From contig CAVTZU010000015.1 in assembly GCA_963739305.1 (NCBI GenBank), positions 1 to 64,000 on the forward strand: a DNA stretch of 64,000 nucleotides, written 5' to 3'. The stretch's first letter is position 1, and each line of letters opens with the position of its first letter. Both the position numbers and the translations under genes were made by a program. This DNA is from Candidatus Bathyarchaeota archaeon (GTDB lineage: Archaea > Thermoproteota > Bathyarchaeia > Bathyarchaeales > Bathycorpusculaceae). Below the pieces are notes generated by a model, which saw only the letters and a program-made list of their open reading frames with translations, was not told the DNA's origin and ran no database searches. Shown piece by piece: positions 19,495-29,355 of this stretch.

Positions 19495-20784
19495 TTATTC
19501 GGCTAATGCGCTAAGACCTTTCAGGAATGCAAGAACTTCCGATCTGGTATTGTAATGAACCAAGCTCGCTCGAACCATCGTTGGAACACCATAGACTTTG
19601 GTGGACATGTTCCACAAGTCGCCGAACCTTAGAGCTACATTGTGTTTCTCCCATAGATACCTTGCGACATCAATATCTTGCATACGGTCAACTTTGAAAG
19701 CAAATGCAGGATCTCGTTCATCCACGCGTTTGGGATCTTTAATCCCGTAAAGTTTAACATGTGGAATTTTCGTCAATCCCGGAATCCTCGCCGATCCCTC
19801 AAGCATTAATCTTGATAATTCTTGTTCGTATTCCTCAATAGCCTTCAAAGCCACTTTGCAAGCACGCTTTCGACCTGAGTATCTCGAATAACCTGTCTTT
19901 GCCGTTTCTTCAACTCTGTGAGACAACCACACAAGGTATTCAACGACAGCTTTGATTGATGCAAATTTGGCTTGATCAAGAGTCCCGTAAGGCGTTCCGT
20001 ACCCAAACAAGCCGTAGAACCGTAGAGACTTGAACAGATCGCCTCTTCCATAGATGAAGCCACCTGCCGAGGTGAAGAACTTGTAACCGGAGAAAATGAA
20101 GAAGTCACAACCAATTTCCTGTACGTCTACTGGCGCGTGGGGAACGAGTTGGGTTCCATCGACGATATAGTAGGCGTTTGCTTTCTTGGCGATTTTGGCG
20201 ATTTCTTTGAGTGGACTCTTGGTCCCAGTGAGGTTTGAGGCGCCAGTGACGCTCACTATAGCCGTGTTCTTGTCGACTTGCTCCTCGAAATCGTCCATGT
20301 CAAGAGTCGCGTCTTCCTTGTGTATCTTGACGAACCTAACTTCCCTGACGAGTTTGCGTTCTTTGAGCTCCAACCATGGACCCGTATTGGCAAAATGCTC
20401 GTTGTAAGTGGTCACGATGTTCTCTTTGCCGGTGAGCTCTCGTCCTATCGCGTACGCAACTTTGAAGATGAGGTCCGTGGTTGATGCTCCGATCGTGATG
20501 TTCTCGTGCGAAGGTGCGTTAAGCAGGTCTTGCAGAGCCTTCTTCCCTTCAATGATTAATTCATCGAAATCTCTGGATTCATCGTAGACCGTGGAAGGAT
20601 GGTCCAAGCCGCTCTCGTTGGCTGCTTTATTGATCCTTGCCGCTGTTTCTGCTCGAGCGACTCTGTCGAGAATCATCGTGCCAGCAGCGTTGTCGAAGAA
20701 TATCCTTTTTCGGCCTCTCCAATCGGCCTCAACTCTTGGGAATTCAAGCCTGATATCTTGAATCAGTTCTTCGGTTAAGGACAT
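19495..20784 (-). CDS. class V PLP aminotransferase, cysteine-desulfurase-like
   Basis: FFDNAAG, EHFAN, DGTQ, FSGYK, RASLVHYN. Confidence 0.88.
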   Translation of the reverse strand: MSLTEELIQDIRLEFPRVEADWRGRKRIFFDNAAGTMILDRVARAETAARINKAANESGLDHPSTVYDESRDFDELIIEGKKALQDLLNAPSHENITIGASTTDLIFKVAYAIGRELTGKENIVTTYNEHFANTGPWLELKERKLVREVRFVKIHKEDATLDMDDFEEQVDKNTAIVSVTGASNLTGTKSPLKEIAKIAKKANAYYIVDGTQLVPHAPVDVQEIGCDFFIFSGYKFFTSAGGFIYGRGDLFKSLRFYGLFGYGTPYGTLDQAKFASIKAVVEYLVWLSHRVEETAKTGYSRYSGRKRACKVALKAIEEYEQELSRLMLEGSARIPGLTKIPHVKLYGIKDPKRVDERDPAFAFKVDRMQDIDVARYLWEKHNVALRFGDLWNMSTKVYGVPTMVRASLVHYNTRSEVLAFLKGLSALAE

Positions 20785-20956
20785 GAGGTATCTTCCCGTT
20801 ACTCAAGACGCCATTTAGGGCTATTAAATCTAACGTGGCGCAAGACAAGCAGATTTGCTCCGAGGTGAGGACTGTTCAAGAACGCTGTTCAAAACCCGTT
20901 AGGAAGATATTTGTGCAAGCACAAAGAAGTGCTCAATAATACCCAGAGGCTGGCAA

Positions 20957-21812
20957 ATGAGCAACAAGCTTCCGTTCACAGCGCTTTTTATTACAGCAAT
21001 AATCTACGGCCTCAGCAACATTCTTCTCCGCTACGCAGGCAAAGAAAGCTACTTCTCAACGATATTCTTCGTCCTTCTGTTTTCCACAATAATCTTTCTG
21101 CCCATTCTGAAACTCGGAGGAGCAATCAATCAAGTGAGATCTCTGAAACAATCATGGCTGATACTGCCTTTAGGAATTTCTATCGCCGCAACTTGGTTGC
21201 TGATCATACTTCGCAATAATGAACACTTCAATTGCGAACGCAGTTCTTGGATACATGACCACACCTATCTTCGTCATAGTCTTCTCGCCATTTCTGTTGA
21301 AAGAGCATGTCAACAAACCGATCGCAGCGGCTCTTGCAATAGCGCTCTTAGGCGTACTCCTAATCTTCGACCCCCGAAACCTCATCCATTCTATCGCGCC
21401 GGTCGGAATAATCAGCGGCATACTCGCCGGCCTCTCCTCGGCCTTCGCAGAAATCATCGGAAGGAAGTTGAAGGACCAATACAGCCCTTTTTCCCTGACC
21501 TTTCTTGGAACCTCAGTGGCGATGGTGTTTTTGTTTCCAGCGTTTCTTCTCAGCGGATCCGCCATTCCGGACGCATCCACTTTGTTGGTCATACTGTTTC
21601 TTAGTCTCGGAGGCGTGAGCGGAGGAACCCTGCTCTTCTACGGGTTGAAACACATCCAAGCACAGAGCGTCTCAATAATTTTGCTACTTGAACCGTTCAT
21701 ATCGATAATAGCCGCATTTGCACTGTTTCTTGAAATCCCTTCGTTGTTAACGATCGGGGGGGCTATCTTGCTTTTGATAGCAGATGTTATAATAGTCCGC
21801 AATCAAGCCTAA
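20957..21812 (+). CDS. DMT/EamA transporter, one frameshift at ~21210
   Basis: ORFs 20957 and 21219-21812 join; FLLKE, LLLEP motifs. Confidence 0.8.
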
Positions 21813-21830
21813 CGGGCTGTAATCCTAAAA

Positions 21831-22337
21831 CTATTTTCCATGGCATCTGAAGGATTGGACCATATTGTTGAAGATGTCCTCATGTGCGACCGACTTGTCG
21901 AGTGTTATCTGCCCGAAAATCACGTAATATCGGCCAGAGTCTTCACAGTGAAGATGCATCGCGCGAACTTCCTGCACTTCTCCTTTCCCTTTCTTCAACG
22001 GATTAAAACTCGGAGTTGAAAAAGTCACATTTAGCAAAGAGACAAGAGCCCTGTGAGACAGAACTTCGAAATCACTTTTGCGGGCGATCTCCACGCCGCT
22101 GACGCGTGTATTCTTCTTTATCTTATCCATCGAATACTTGAGATGTCCTTCGGGGTCAGAAAACCTCTTTTTCGCTCTCTCCAAGGGACCCCAGCTCAGG
22201 AAAATGTTGTCTCGCTCAGGAGACTTGAACACGACATCTCCTTTCGTCCGATCCGATTTGGGGTCAAACTCCACTTTCCAAGTGCCGGGATAAACAGTGT
22301 GAAACCCGTAAACGCAGAACGTTTCAAATTCAGGCAT
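21831..22337 (-). CDS. hypothetical protein (PsbP/Mog1-like pattern)
   Basis: VYPGTW...FNNMVQSFRCH. Confidence 0.7.
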   Translation of the reverse strand: MPEFETFCVYGFHTVYPGTWKVEFDPKSDRTKGDVVFKSPERDNIFLSWGPLERAKKRFSDPEGHLKYSMDKIKKNTRVSGVEIARKSDFEVLSHRALVSLLNVTFSTPSFNPLKKGKGEVQEVRAMHLHCEDSGRYYVIFGQITLDKSVAHEDIFNNMVQSFRCHGK

Positions 22338-22444
22338 GCAATTACGTGTCTCCTTCGACTTTTAACACTTGGCATAAACGATTCATCGAGGAAACGTTTA
22401 AACACAATACGATAATATGCACTACCAGTTAGGAGAGAAAGGAT

Positions 22445-22660
22445 TTGGCGAACAGAAGAAAGGAAGGGGAAATCCCAAAACATTCTCACTGCATGATGTG
22501 CGGAGGAGTCATATCTGCGAGCGAAACTCTTTGCAGCGACGAATGTAGGAAACAGTATACGGAGATGCTCAAGAGACAGAAATACATGCGCCTGATGCCC
22601 TTCATCCCCGTCATCATGATCGCAGTTCTCTTCATTGCACTGTTTTTCATGAAGCGTTAA
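22445..22660 (+). CDS. DUF2116-type Zn-ribbon membrane protein
   Basis: HSHCMMCG...CSDEC plus C-terminal TM. Confidence 0.85.
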   Translation: MANRRKEGEIPKHSHCMMCGGVISASETLCSDECRKQYTEMLKRQKYMRLMPFIPVIMIAVLFIALFFMKR

Positions 22661-22807
22661 CAACCGAAGAGAAAAGAGAGAAGACGCCCACCCTAATTCA
22701 TTCCGCTGACAGAAGCTTTTCCAAAATCTTAATAGGAAGATAACTTTTACTTTTGATACATAACATCATCATTTCCACTGAACGATTTCAGAAGGAAGCA
22801 GAAAATC

Positions 22808-23458
22808 ATGCGAAACGACGAGATTCTTGAGCAACTGAGAAAAGCAATCAAAGAATACGATGTTGATCAGGCAAAACACTACTCGCAAGAAGCAATCCAA
22901 GCAAAAATGGATCCGACGGAAGTGATCAAAAAAGGACCCGCGATGGTGCTTAAAGAAATCGGAGACCAATTCGCCCGATGCGAAATATTCCTGCCCGAAC
23001 TCGTGGCAGCAGGCCAAGCAGGCGAAGCAAGCATCGCGGTGCTCAACGAGGAAATCACCAAACACTCACAGTCTAGGAAAAGCCTGGGAAAATACATCAT
23101 CGGAACAGTCCAAGGAGACGTCCACAGCATCGGCAAAAACATCGTTGCCACCATGCTCCGTGTAGCAGGCTTCGACGTCACCGACCTAGGCGTCGACGTA
23201 CCAACGGATCTCTTCATCCAAAAAGTGAAAGAGCTCAAACCGGACTTCGTCGGCTTGAGCGCCCTGCTGACGACAACGATGGATGAACAGAGAAAAATCA
23301 TTATCAGGCTTAAAGAAGAAGGACTCCGAGACAAAGTCAAAGTAATGGTCGGGGGGGCTCCGGTTTCCCCTGAATGGGCAAAGGAAATAGGGTCAGACGC
23401 GGTAGGACTCGACGCTCAAGACGCTGTAGAGAAAACGCTAAAACTGTTGAATCAATAA
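22808..23458 (+). CDS. methyltransferase cognate corrinoid protein
   Basis: GDVHSIGKNIV B12-binding motif, SALLTTT, MVGG. Confidence 0.95.
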   Translation: MRNDEILEQLRKAIKEYDVDQAKHYSQEAIQAKMDPTEVIKKGPAMVLKEIGDQFARCEIFLPELVAAGQAGEASIAVLNEEITKHSQSRKSLGKYIIGTVQGDVHSIGKNIVATMLRVAGFDVTDLGVDVPTDLFIQKVKELKPDFVGLSALLTTTMDEQRKIIIRLKEEGLRDKVKVMVGGAPVSPEWAKEIGSDAVGLDAQDAVEKTLKLLNQ

Positions 23459-23474
23459 GCGCGCGCTATACGCG

Positions 23475-23654
23475 TTACTTTAGACCTCTCATTTCTCGTA
23501 CTTCGTTGGAGATCTTTGGGCTTTTACGCTTCCGACTATTCTTCAACAACCATAATATGATGTCGTCGTATGATTCGCCCTTTCGTCCCATCATCTTAAG
23601 CTGCTCAGCTGTTGAGGTTTGGATTCTTATAGACGTGTATTTCTCTTCTGCCAT
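23475..23654 (-). CDS. 59-aa ribbon-helix-helix-like protein (not in ORF track)
   Basis: MAEEKYTSIRIQTSTAEQLKMMGRKGESYDDIILWLL...; typical RHH/antitoxin pattern. Confidence 0.75.
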   Translation of the reverse strand: MAEEKYTSIRIQTSTAEQLKMMGRKGESYDDIILWLLKNSRKRKSPKISNEVREMRGLK

Positions 23655-23846
23655 GTGTATCTACAATTATGGTGTTATGCAACGGACGGCGTACTTATGT
23701 TCTTGGTATCAGGGCTTCATAGAAGCGTGGGCGAGAGAGAATGAGGCAACGGTCAAAAAAGGGGTTTTGGGGTTTTGGGGGTAAAGTTTTATCCAACCAA
23801 CCAAGTCTTTTAAATCGTTCAACTAAATATTGTCTCAGGGTCAAAA

Positions 23847-24215
23847 GTGACCGAGTTATTTCCAAGACCGAAAGATCCACCGACAATTTTTGGTGGTCTT
23901 GTTCTGATTGGTGCGGTCATTGTTATTGGTGCTGTTTCCATTTACGTATTCGGCTCCCATGCAGATTCAACTCTAACCATAATTCTCGTTGCGATTGGGC
24001 TGATTTTGATTGCTTCAGCTATTCCAGTTCACAAGTGGGAAAGAAACCAAAATTATCAGGGTAAGAAGAAAATTCAACTGAACCTCAGAGTTCTTACTCA
24101 CTGCTTTTTTCAGCTAGCTAGCTTTAGGATAAGACTTTACCGCGCACACACTGCAAGAGAAACCTACGTTGCGTCACTTGATGGTCATCCTACGATTTTG
24201 GTCTTTTTCGCCTAA
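23847..24215 (+). CDS. small 2-TM membrane protein
   Basis: two hydrophobic segments; C-terminal extension doubtful. Confidence 0.5.
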   Translation: MTELFPRPKDPPTIFGGLVLIGAVIVIGAVSIYVFGSHADSTLTIILVAIGLILIASAIPVHKWERNQNYQGKKKIQLNLRVLTHCFFQLASFRIRLYRAHTARETYVASLDGHPTILVFFA

Positions 24216-24441
24216 AACTGTCAATGACCCAAATCGTATTCAACAATAGAGCAAGAACCATGAGCAGTGTCAAGATGACAACAACTAGTAACCAATCCTG
24301 AAAAATGTAGAAGACAACGAATGCGACTATCAAGGCAGTCAAGACTGCTGCCACAAAAGAGAAAGGGACACCATGCGCACGCACTCCACTGAGCCTCATC
24401 TCGTGGATACGGGAAAGACAGAAATTAGTCTTCTGATTCAA
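24190..24441 (-). CDS. small 2-TM membrane protein
   Basis: two hydrophobic segments, basic tail. Confidence 0.55.
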   Translation of the reverse strand: MNQKTNFCLSRIHEMRLSGVRAHGVPFSFVAAVLTALIVAFVVFYIFQDWLLVVVILTLLMVLALLLNTIWVIDSFRRKRPKS

Positions 24442-24836
24442 CTACTTGAAATTGGGTTTGGTTGGGGTAAAGTTTTATCCTTAGATGATAAGAGCGCGCG
24501 CTACTAAGAACGGTGAGCCACAGAACGTAAGAGATGGGTCAAACCGAACCTTAACCTAAGCATTCTTGATTTTTCATTGCATAGATTCCTGATATTCTAT
24601 GCTGGAAAAGTTGTTCCGACCACGGTTAGGCCAAGAAGCAGATCTTTGTAAGGGTGTGCCCAGAGTGCCTTCGACGAAAAAAAGGTAGGGGGGTAGGGTG
24701 TTTTAGACTGTTTTTCAATCAAAATCCATGTTGAGTAGGCCCTCAGCAATGTTGAAGAGCCCTCTTGATTTCTTTAGGAGCTAGGCTCACAGACAGCGTT
24801 AAAACCCTAGAATCAAAAGGAAGGAGAAAAAGATGG

Positions 24837-26288
24837 TTATGCGCCGATTTCTTTCTTCGCCCTAATCAATATTTCATCGAGCTTCTTGCTAATGTCCGAA
24901 GCCAACGGCGCCGACTTGTGCCCCGCAACAAGCTGCTTCGCACGCTCCAACGCTCGGGTTCTGAAGTCTTTGGCCCCCCTGCCGACCCACGTCTCATACG
25001 ACAGCCTGTCAGTCAAAGGCGGATACCAAAAGTCCCGTCTCATGTTCGCCCTCGTGTGCTTCTCTGCAAGATAATCCCCGCCGATTCCAACCTTCTTGAT
25101 CAAATCAAACGCCAAAGTCTCCTCATTAACCTCAAAACCTCTTCCAGACCTCAGCACGATCCCCGCGATCTCGTTATGAAGAATGCAATCCTCAGCCGCA
25201 AACAACGAGTGATTATCCAACGAAACCTCCACCGCCAAATTAATCCCCGAATAATACGAAAGCATCGTCGTCGCCATCTTCTCATAACCAGCCTGCGCAT
25301 CGTCCACCTTCGAATTCGTACAGTTCCCCGCACCGTAAGGAGGCACACCGTAAAACCGACCCATCTGAGCCTCCGCCAAAGAGAACAACGAAAACTCCAC
25401 GGCACCGTGCGCCAAATTACCCACACTCATATCAAACGGCAACGCAGAACCGCCATACAACACGGGCAACCCTTTACGGATCAACTCAGCCAAAGTGATC
25501 CCCGCCAAATCCTCAGCAGTCTGAACCGCCATCGCACCCGCCATCGTGATCGGCGCCCCCAAACCCACCAGTGGCCCCGAAGATATCACACACGGAAGAC
25601 CTCTGCTCGCAAACCCCCAGATCACCGCCATACTCGTATCAGGAAACTGAAGAGGAGATGTAGGACACACAACACACGAAATCACCGGTTTCCTCGAAAG
25701 CTCATCCGCCCCACCGGCAACAGCCTCACCCATCTCAATCAGATACTTGACCTCCACCGCCGAAACCGGCTCAGGCAAATAATGCTTATCCATACTCTTC
25801 AGAGTCTCCACCGAAGCCGTCAACCCTCGCATGCCAGCCGGCAACTCCTGCGGCAAAACCGGCGTACAACAGATGTGATAAAACTCAAGCGCATCAACCA
25901 ACCTCGCCATCTCCCTCACATCCTCCAAAACAGCAGGTCTCCGCCTCTGCGAGTTCATATCAAGAATGAACGCATTGTCCGACGGCGAAAGCATGTAAAA
26001 CCTGTCTGTCCCAACCTCCATCGCTTCCAGCCCGCGCGTGTAAATGTCAAACTTCTTCGGCACGTGTCTAAGCTGCTCCATCACAAGGCTCTCAGGAATC
26101 TTCACAACCTTCTTCGCCTCGTCCACCTCACACCCATTAGCCTTGAACAGCTTCAACGCTTCAGGATGATCCATTTTCACCCCGACCTCTCCCAACACCT
26201 TCATCGCGGTTTGATGGATCTTGTCCACTTCAGACTTTTCCAAAATATCCAACGGTTTCTTGACCTTGTAACACTTAGCCATAACCAT
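24837..26288 (-). CDS. trimethylamine methyltransferase family protein (MttB superfamily, no pyrrolysine)
   Basis: PTSPLQF, GAPITMAG, SKVDDAQAGYE; no in-frame TAG. Confidence 0.93.
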   Translation of the reverse strand: MVMAKCYKVKKPLDILEKSEVDKIHQTAMKVLGEVGVKMDHPEALKLFKANGCEVDEAKKVVKIPESLVMEQLRHVPKKFDIYTRGLEAMEVGTDRFYMLSPSDNAFILDMNSQRRRPAVLEDVREMARLVDALEFYHICCTPVLPQELPAGMRGLTASVETLKSMDKHYLPEPVSAVEVKYLIEMGEAVAGGADELSRKPVISCVVCPTSPLQFPDTSMAVIWGFASRGLPCVISSGPLVGLGAPITMAGAMAVQTAEDLAGITLAELIRKGLPVLYGGSALPFDMSVGNLAHGAVEFSLFSLAEAQMGRFYGVPPYGAGNCTNSKVDDAQAGYEKMATTMLSYYSGINLAVEVSLDNHSLFAAEDCILHNEIAGIVLRSGRGFEVNEETLAFDLIKKVGIGGDYLAEKHTRANMRRDFWYPPLTDRLSYETWVGRGAKDFRTRALERAKQLVAGHKSAPLASDISKKLDEILIRAKKEIGA

Positions 26289-26388
26289 AATACTTCACCT
26301 TTGGATAGCACAATTCTTGCGTCAATCATTATTTAAGATTTTGAAAAAACTACTCGTTCAAATTCTTCAGCACTTTTCGCGCGCGCGA

Positions 26389-26539
26389 TCCTACTGGGTA
26401 GCCGCAATCTTGGCGAAACAGGAACTACCTAGTGTCCTGCAGAAACTGAGTGGATTCAAGATACATCGATGAGGACTACGCTTACAAAATTGGAGAATGA
26501 ATTCTCTCCGAAAACGCGAAACGCGTCTACAAGGTCTGA
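26389..26539 (+). pseudogene. C-terminal remnant of an amidohydrolase-family gene
   Basis: SYWVAAILAKQEL...DEDYAYKIGE*ILSENAKRVYKV*, with a stop and a frameshift; begins at the (CG)5 tract. Confidence 0.5.
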
Positions 26540-26753
26540 TGAAAAAAAGGAAATGGACTCACTGGGCCTGTTCTTTCTTGGCGCTTTCCAGTATTCGATC
26601 CAACTCTTTGCTGATGCTTGCGTCCAAAGGCGCGCGTGTAGCACTTGCGCATAACCATTATTCACACACCCCGAAGAGTCGCAATACTCCCAAATTAGCG
26701 CACGGGTTTCTTCTCGACCAGAGATGAGAATTGAAGAAAAAATGATAGGATAG

Positions 26754-27830
26754 CTACCAATCAGTTAGTAGCGCCTGCACTATGTCTTCTTTCTTTGAAT
26801 CGATGCGTTTGAAGGCTTCCGCAACTTCGGTGACTTTGAACCTATTGGTAATCAGTGGATGAACCTTTAGTCTGCCATCGGCAATCATCTTGACAACCTG
26901 TTTGAACAACCCGCCCGTGGTCCAGTGAACATAGTTGTACTCCTGCACTTTGTTCAAGGCATCTATCAAGAATGGATGATGACTACCGTTTCCCATAGCC
27001 CTAGACACGATGAACGTCAGTTCTTTGAAATGCGGATCAGCCAGAAAGATCAAGTCTGGTTGTCCAGCCATATGATCTCCGGCGATAACGATTTTCCCTT
27101 TCTGTCTCACGATTTCACACGCTTCTGGAACGGCCATCGTGGGTTCGGTGCTTGAGCCTACGCATTCTATAACGATGTCTGGACCCAGTCCGTTTGTTTC
27201 AGCAATCACTTTTTCTTGCCAATCTTTTTCCTTGCGGTTAATCGTGATCTTGACGCCTGCTTTCCTTGCGATCGCGAGTTTTCCAGGATGATTTCCTACC
27301 AAGATCACCTTTTCTGTTCCGGCATGCATGGCCTGCATCGCTGTGAGGATTCCGACGCATCCGTCTCCTTGAACAACAACGTTGTCTCCGTACTCGATTC
27401 CGGCTCGGTGGACCGCCCAAATCGCGGTTGTTCCCAGAATCGCTAGCGTAGCGTCTTCATCTGAGATTGTATCAGGCAGTTTTTCGTAGACAGGCAGAGC
27501 TTCGCGTCTCGGAACAATGCAGTATTCAGCGTGGTAACCGCAGTGGACGACGCGGTCTCCAACCTTGATGTCTTTGACCTGTTTTCCTACTTCGACGACT
27601 TCCCCAACGTTTTCGTAGCCTGGTAGCTGCGGGAAGGTGTAGGGGTGAACTTTTTTCCATTTTTCTGGAAGTTTCTCCATCGCACCTCTATAGTCAATCA
27701 GTTCTGTTCCTATGCTGATTCCTGTGACCAGCGTCTTCGTCAGGATTTGATCTGGTTCAGGCTTCGGCTTGGGTACGTTCAAAACTTCTATCTTGTACGG
27801 CGCGGTAATCGCTATTTGTTTCATAATCAT
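26754..27830 (-). CDS. zinc-binding (MDR) dehydrogenase
   Basis: ISIGTE, PGYENVG, GDGCVG. Confidence 0.9.
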   Translation of the reverse strand: MIMKQIAITAPYKIEVLNVPKPKPEPDQILTKTLVTGISIGTELIDYRGAMEKLPEKWKKVHPYTFPQLPGYENVGEVVEVGKQVKDIKVGDRVVHCGYHAEYCIVPRREALPVYEKLPDTISDEDATLAILGTTAIWAVHRAGIEYGDNVVVQGDGCVGILTAMQAMHAGTEKVILVGNHPGKLAIARKAGVKITINRKEKDWQEKVIAETNGLGPDIVIECVGSSTEPTMAVPEACEIVRQKGKIVIAGDHMAGQPDLIFLADPHFKELTFIVSRAMGNGSHHPFLIDALNKVQEYNYVHWTTGGLFKQVVKMIADGRLKVHPLITNRFKVTEVAEAFKRIDSKKEDIVQALLTDW

Positions 27831-27977
27831 TACCTAATCTGACTTTTAGGAAATTTATATGGCGTATAAAATGTATAAAGGTTTTTGAGGCTATGACTTC
27901 TTCGTCGGCTTTCTCTTCTGCTCTTTCCTGGATTCCCTCCACGAATAAATGCGCGCGCGCTAAGTACGTGGCGATGC

Positions 27978-28806
27978 TTATTTGGTGCTTTGAAGGTGAT
28001 CTTTCAGTTTGTCTTGGAAAACTGTTTCTCCGCCGACTTCTTCAACGTCTTTGTACCATTTCTTTTTTGTCCCAATCGACTGCCGCATTTTCCAACCCAT
28101 TGATTTGGGTTCAGACTCTATTTGTTTCAGAAGCTCATCTAGTCGAGGCCCGACCTTGTTAAGATATTCTTGGACCGAGGGGTCTCTCCATTTGTCCAGG
28201 AATTGGTCCCGGACTAACTTTAGGTTTTCTGTAACTGTGTAGTAGAAACCCCAGTCTTTTGCTAGTAGCTTTGAAATGTACGAGCTGTTTACTGTGCGGT
28301 CGTCCGTTGATCCTAGCTCGTGTTCGGCAAAAAGGATTATCAGGTCTTTTACGTCTTTTTCGTTGATCTTGACGATTTGGGTTTTCTCTAGAATGATATC
28401 TGCTACGGCTATCGCTGGATAGTCGACTTCGAGGCGACGAGTGAAGTCTATTTCGTGGCACATTGACAGCTTGTCGTAAAAGACATCTACTTTTACCCCT
28501 TCGCTTTCGATGAACAGGTCTCTGTTTTCCATCGGAAGCACCGTTTTGATCGGAGCGTACTTCAATTCTTCGAAGAGTCTCTTTGTCTTGTTTCTGTCTT
28601 TCGAGTATGCTATGAAATCAAGATCGGTGGCGTGTCGCTCCATGACTTCTTCATGGAATTTTCTGAGTTTCGGACATTGAATCTTGACCGCAACTGCACC
28701 TAGCAATCGCAGTTCAATACCTTTCTTCTTTGCAGCGTCAACGATTCCGAGTCCTTTTCTTGACGTACTTGGCTGAAAAACCATATTCTGAATCTAGCTG
28801 GTCCAT
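27978..28806 (-). CDS. nucleotidyltransferase-fold hypothetical protein (probable frameshift near 5' end)
   Basis: RLLGAVAV...TDLDF...KVDVF...LEKTQIV...KDVKD. Confidence 0.8.
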
Positions 28807-28926
28807 GCTTCATTCTCCGTCTTCTGCGAGTCTCCTCAAGTTCTTCATCGTGCCTTCAACTGACTCTTGTAGCATCGAGCGACGAGGAAGTCTATTCTCG
28901 CGCCCGGCTTCGCCGAGCCTCTTAGT

Positions 28927-29286
28927 TCACTGCTTGAAATATTCCTTCCAAGTCTGAATCTTATCGTTCTTTGCTTCAACGATGCTTACGCCTTGGACTT
29001 CAGCGGGTTTCCCCGTGGCGTGATCCCTGAAATTGACAACCCATTCTACAATTAGGCTGTCTTTCTTTTCACACGTGAAAAGTTTTGTAATCTTGTAGTC
29101 GTCTACCTTTCTGAAGTCTGCTTCCATCATCGATTTCAAAGCGACTTTCCCAGTTATCGGCTTGTATGGCTGTGCATACACTGTGTATGTGGCGTCTTCG
29201 TTGAAGAGGCTCAGCATCTTGTTCAGGTCCTTCTTGGCGATGGCTTCACAGAACGAATCAAACAACTTGATCGTATTGCCAGGCAT
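28927..29286 (-). CDS. NTF2/SnoaL-like protein
   Basis: LFNEDA, GK..L, KIQTWKEYF. Confidence 0.85.
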   Translation of the reverse strand: MPGNTIKLFDSFCEAIAKKDLNKMLSLFNEDATYTVYAQPYKPITGKVALKSMMEADFRKVDDYKITKLFTCEKKDSLIVEWVVNFRDHATGKPAEVQGVSIVEAKNDKIQTWKEYFKQ

Positions 29287-29355
29287 TTTGCGTACTCCTT
29301 TCCTAGGGTGTTAGTCGTTAGATTTCGTTATCATATTAAACGTTTTGGTGTTAGC

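Larger units (their letters stand above)
23459..24503. mobile_element. ~1-kb insert flanked by AGCGCGCGCTA direct repeats
   Basis: repeats at 23458-23468 and 24493-24503; carries three small genes and two GGGGTAAAGTTTTATC motifs. Confidence 0.55.

Noticed and set aside
24684-24700. G-rich tract GGTAGGGGGGTAGGGTG as a G-quadruplex
   Set aside because: Single occurrence, too few full G-runs, no supporting context
24837-26288. Pyrrolysine recoding in MttB
   Set aside because: The ORF is uninterrupted, with no in-frame TAG
24765-26336. 523-aa plus-strand ORF
   Set aside because: Antisense shadow of the MttB gene; Arg/His/Leu-rich with no motifs
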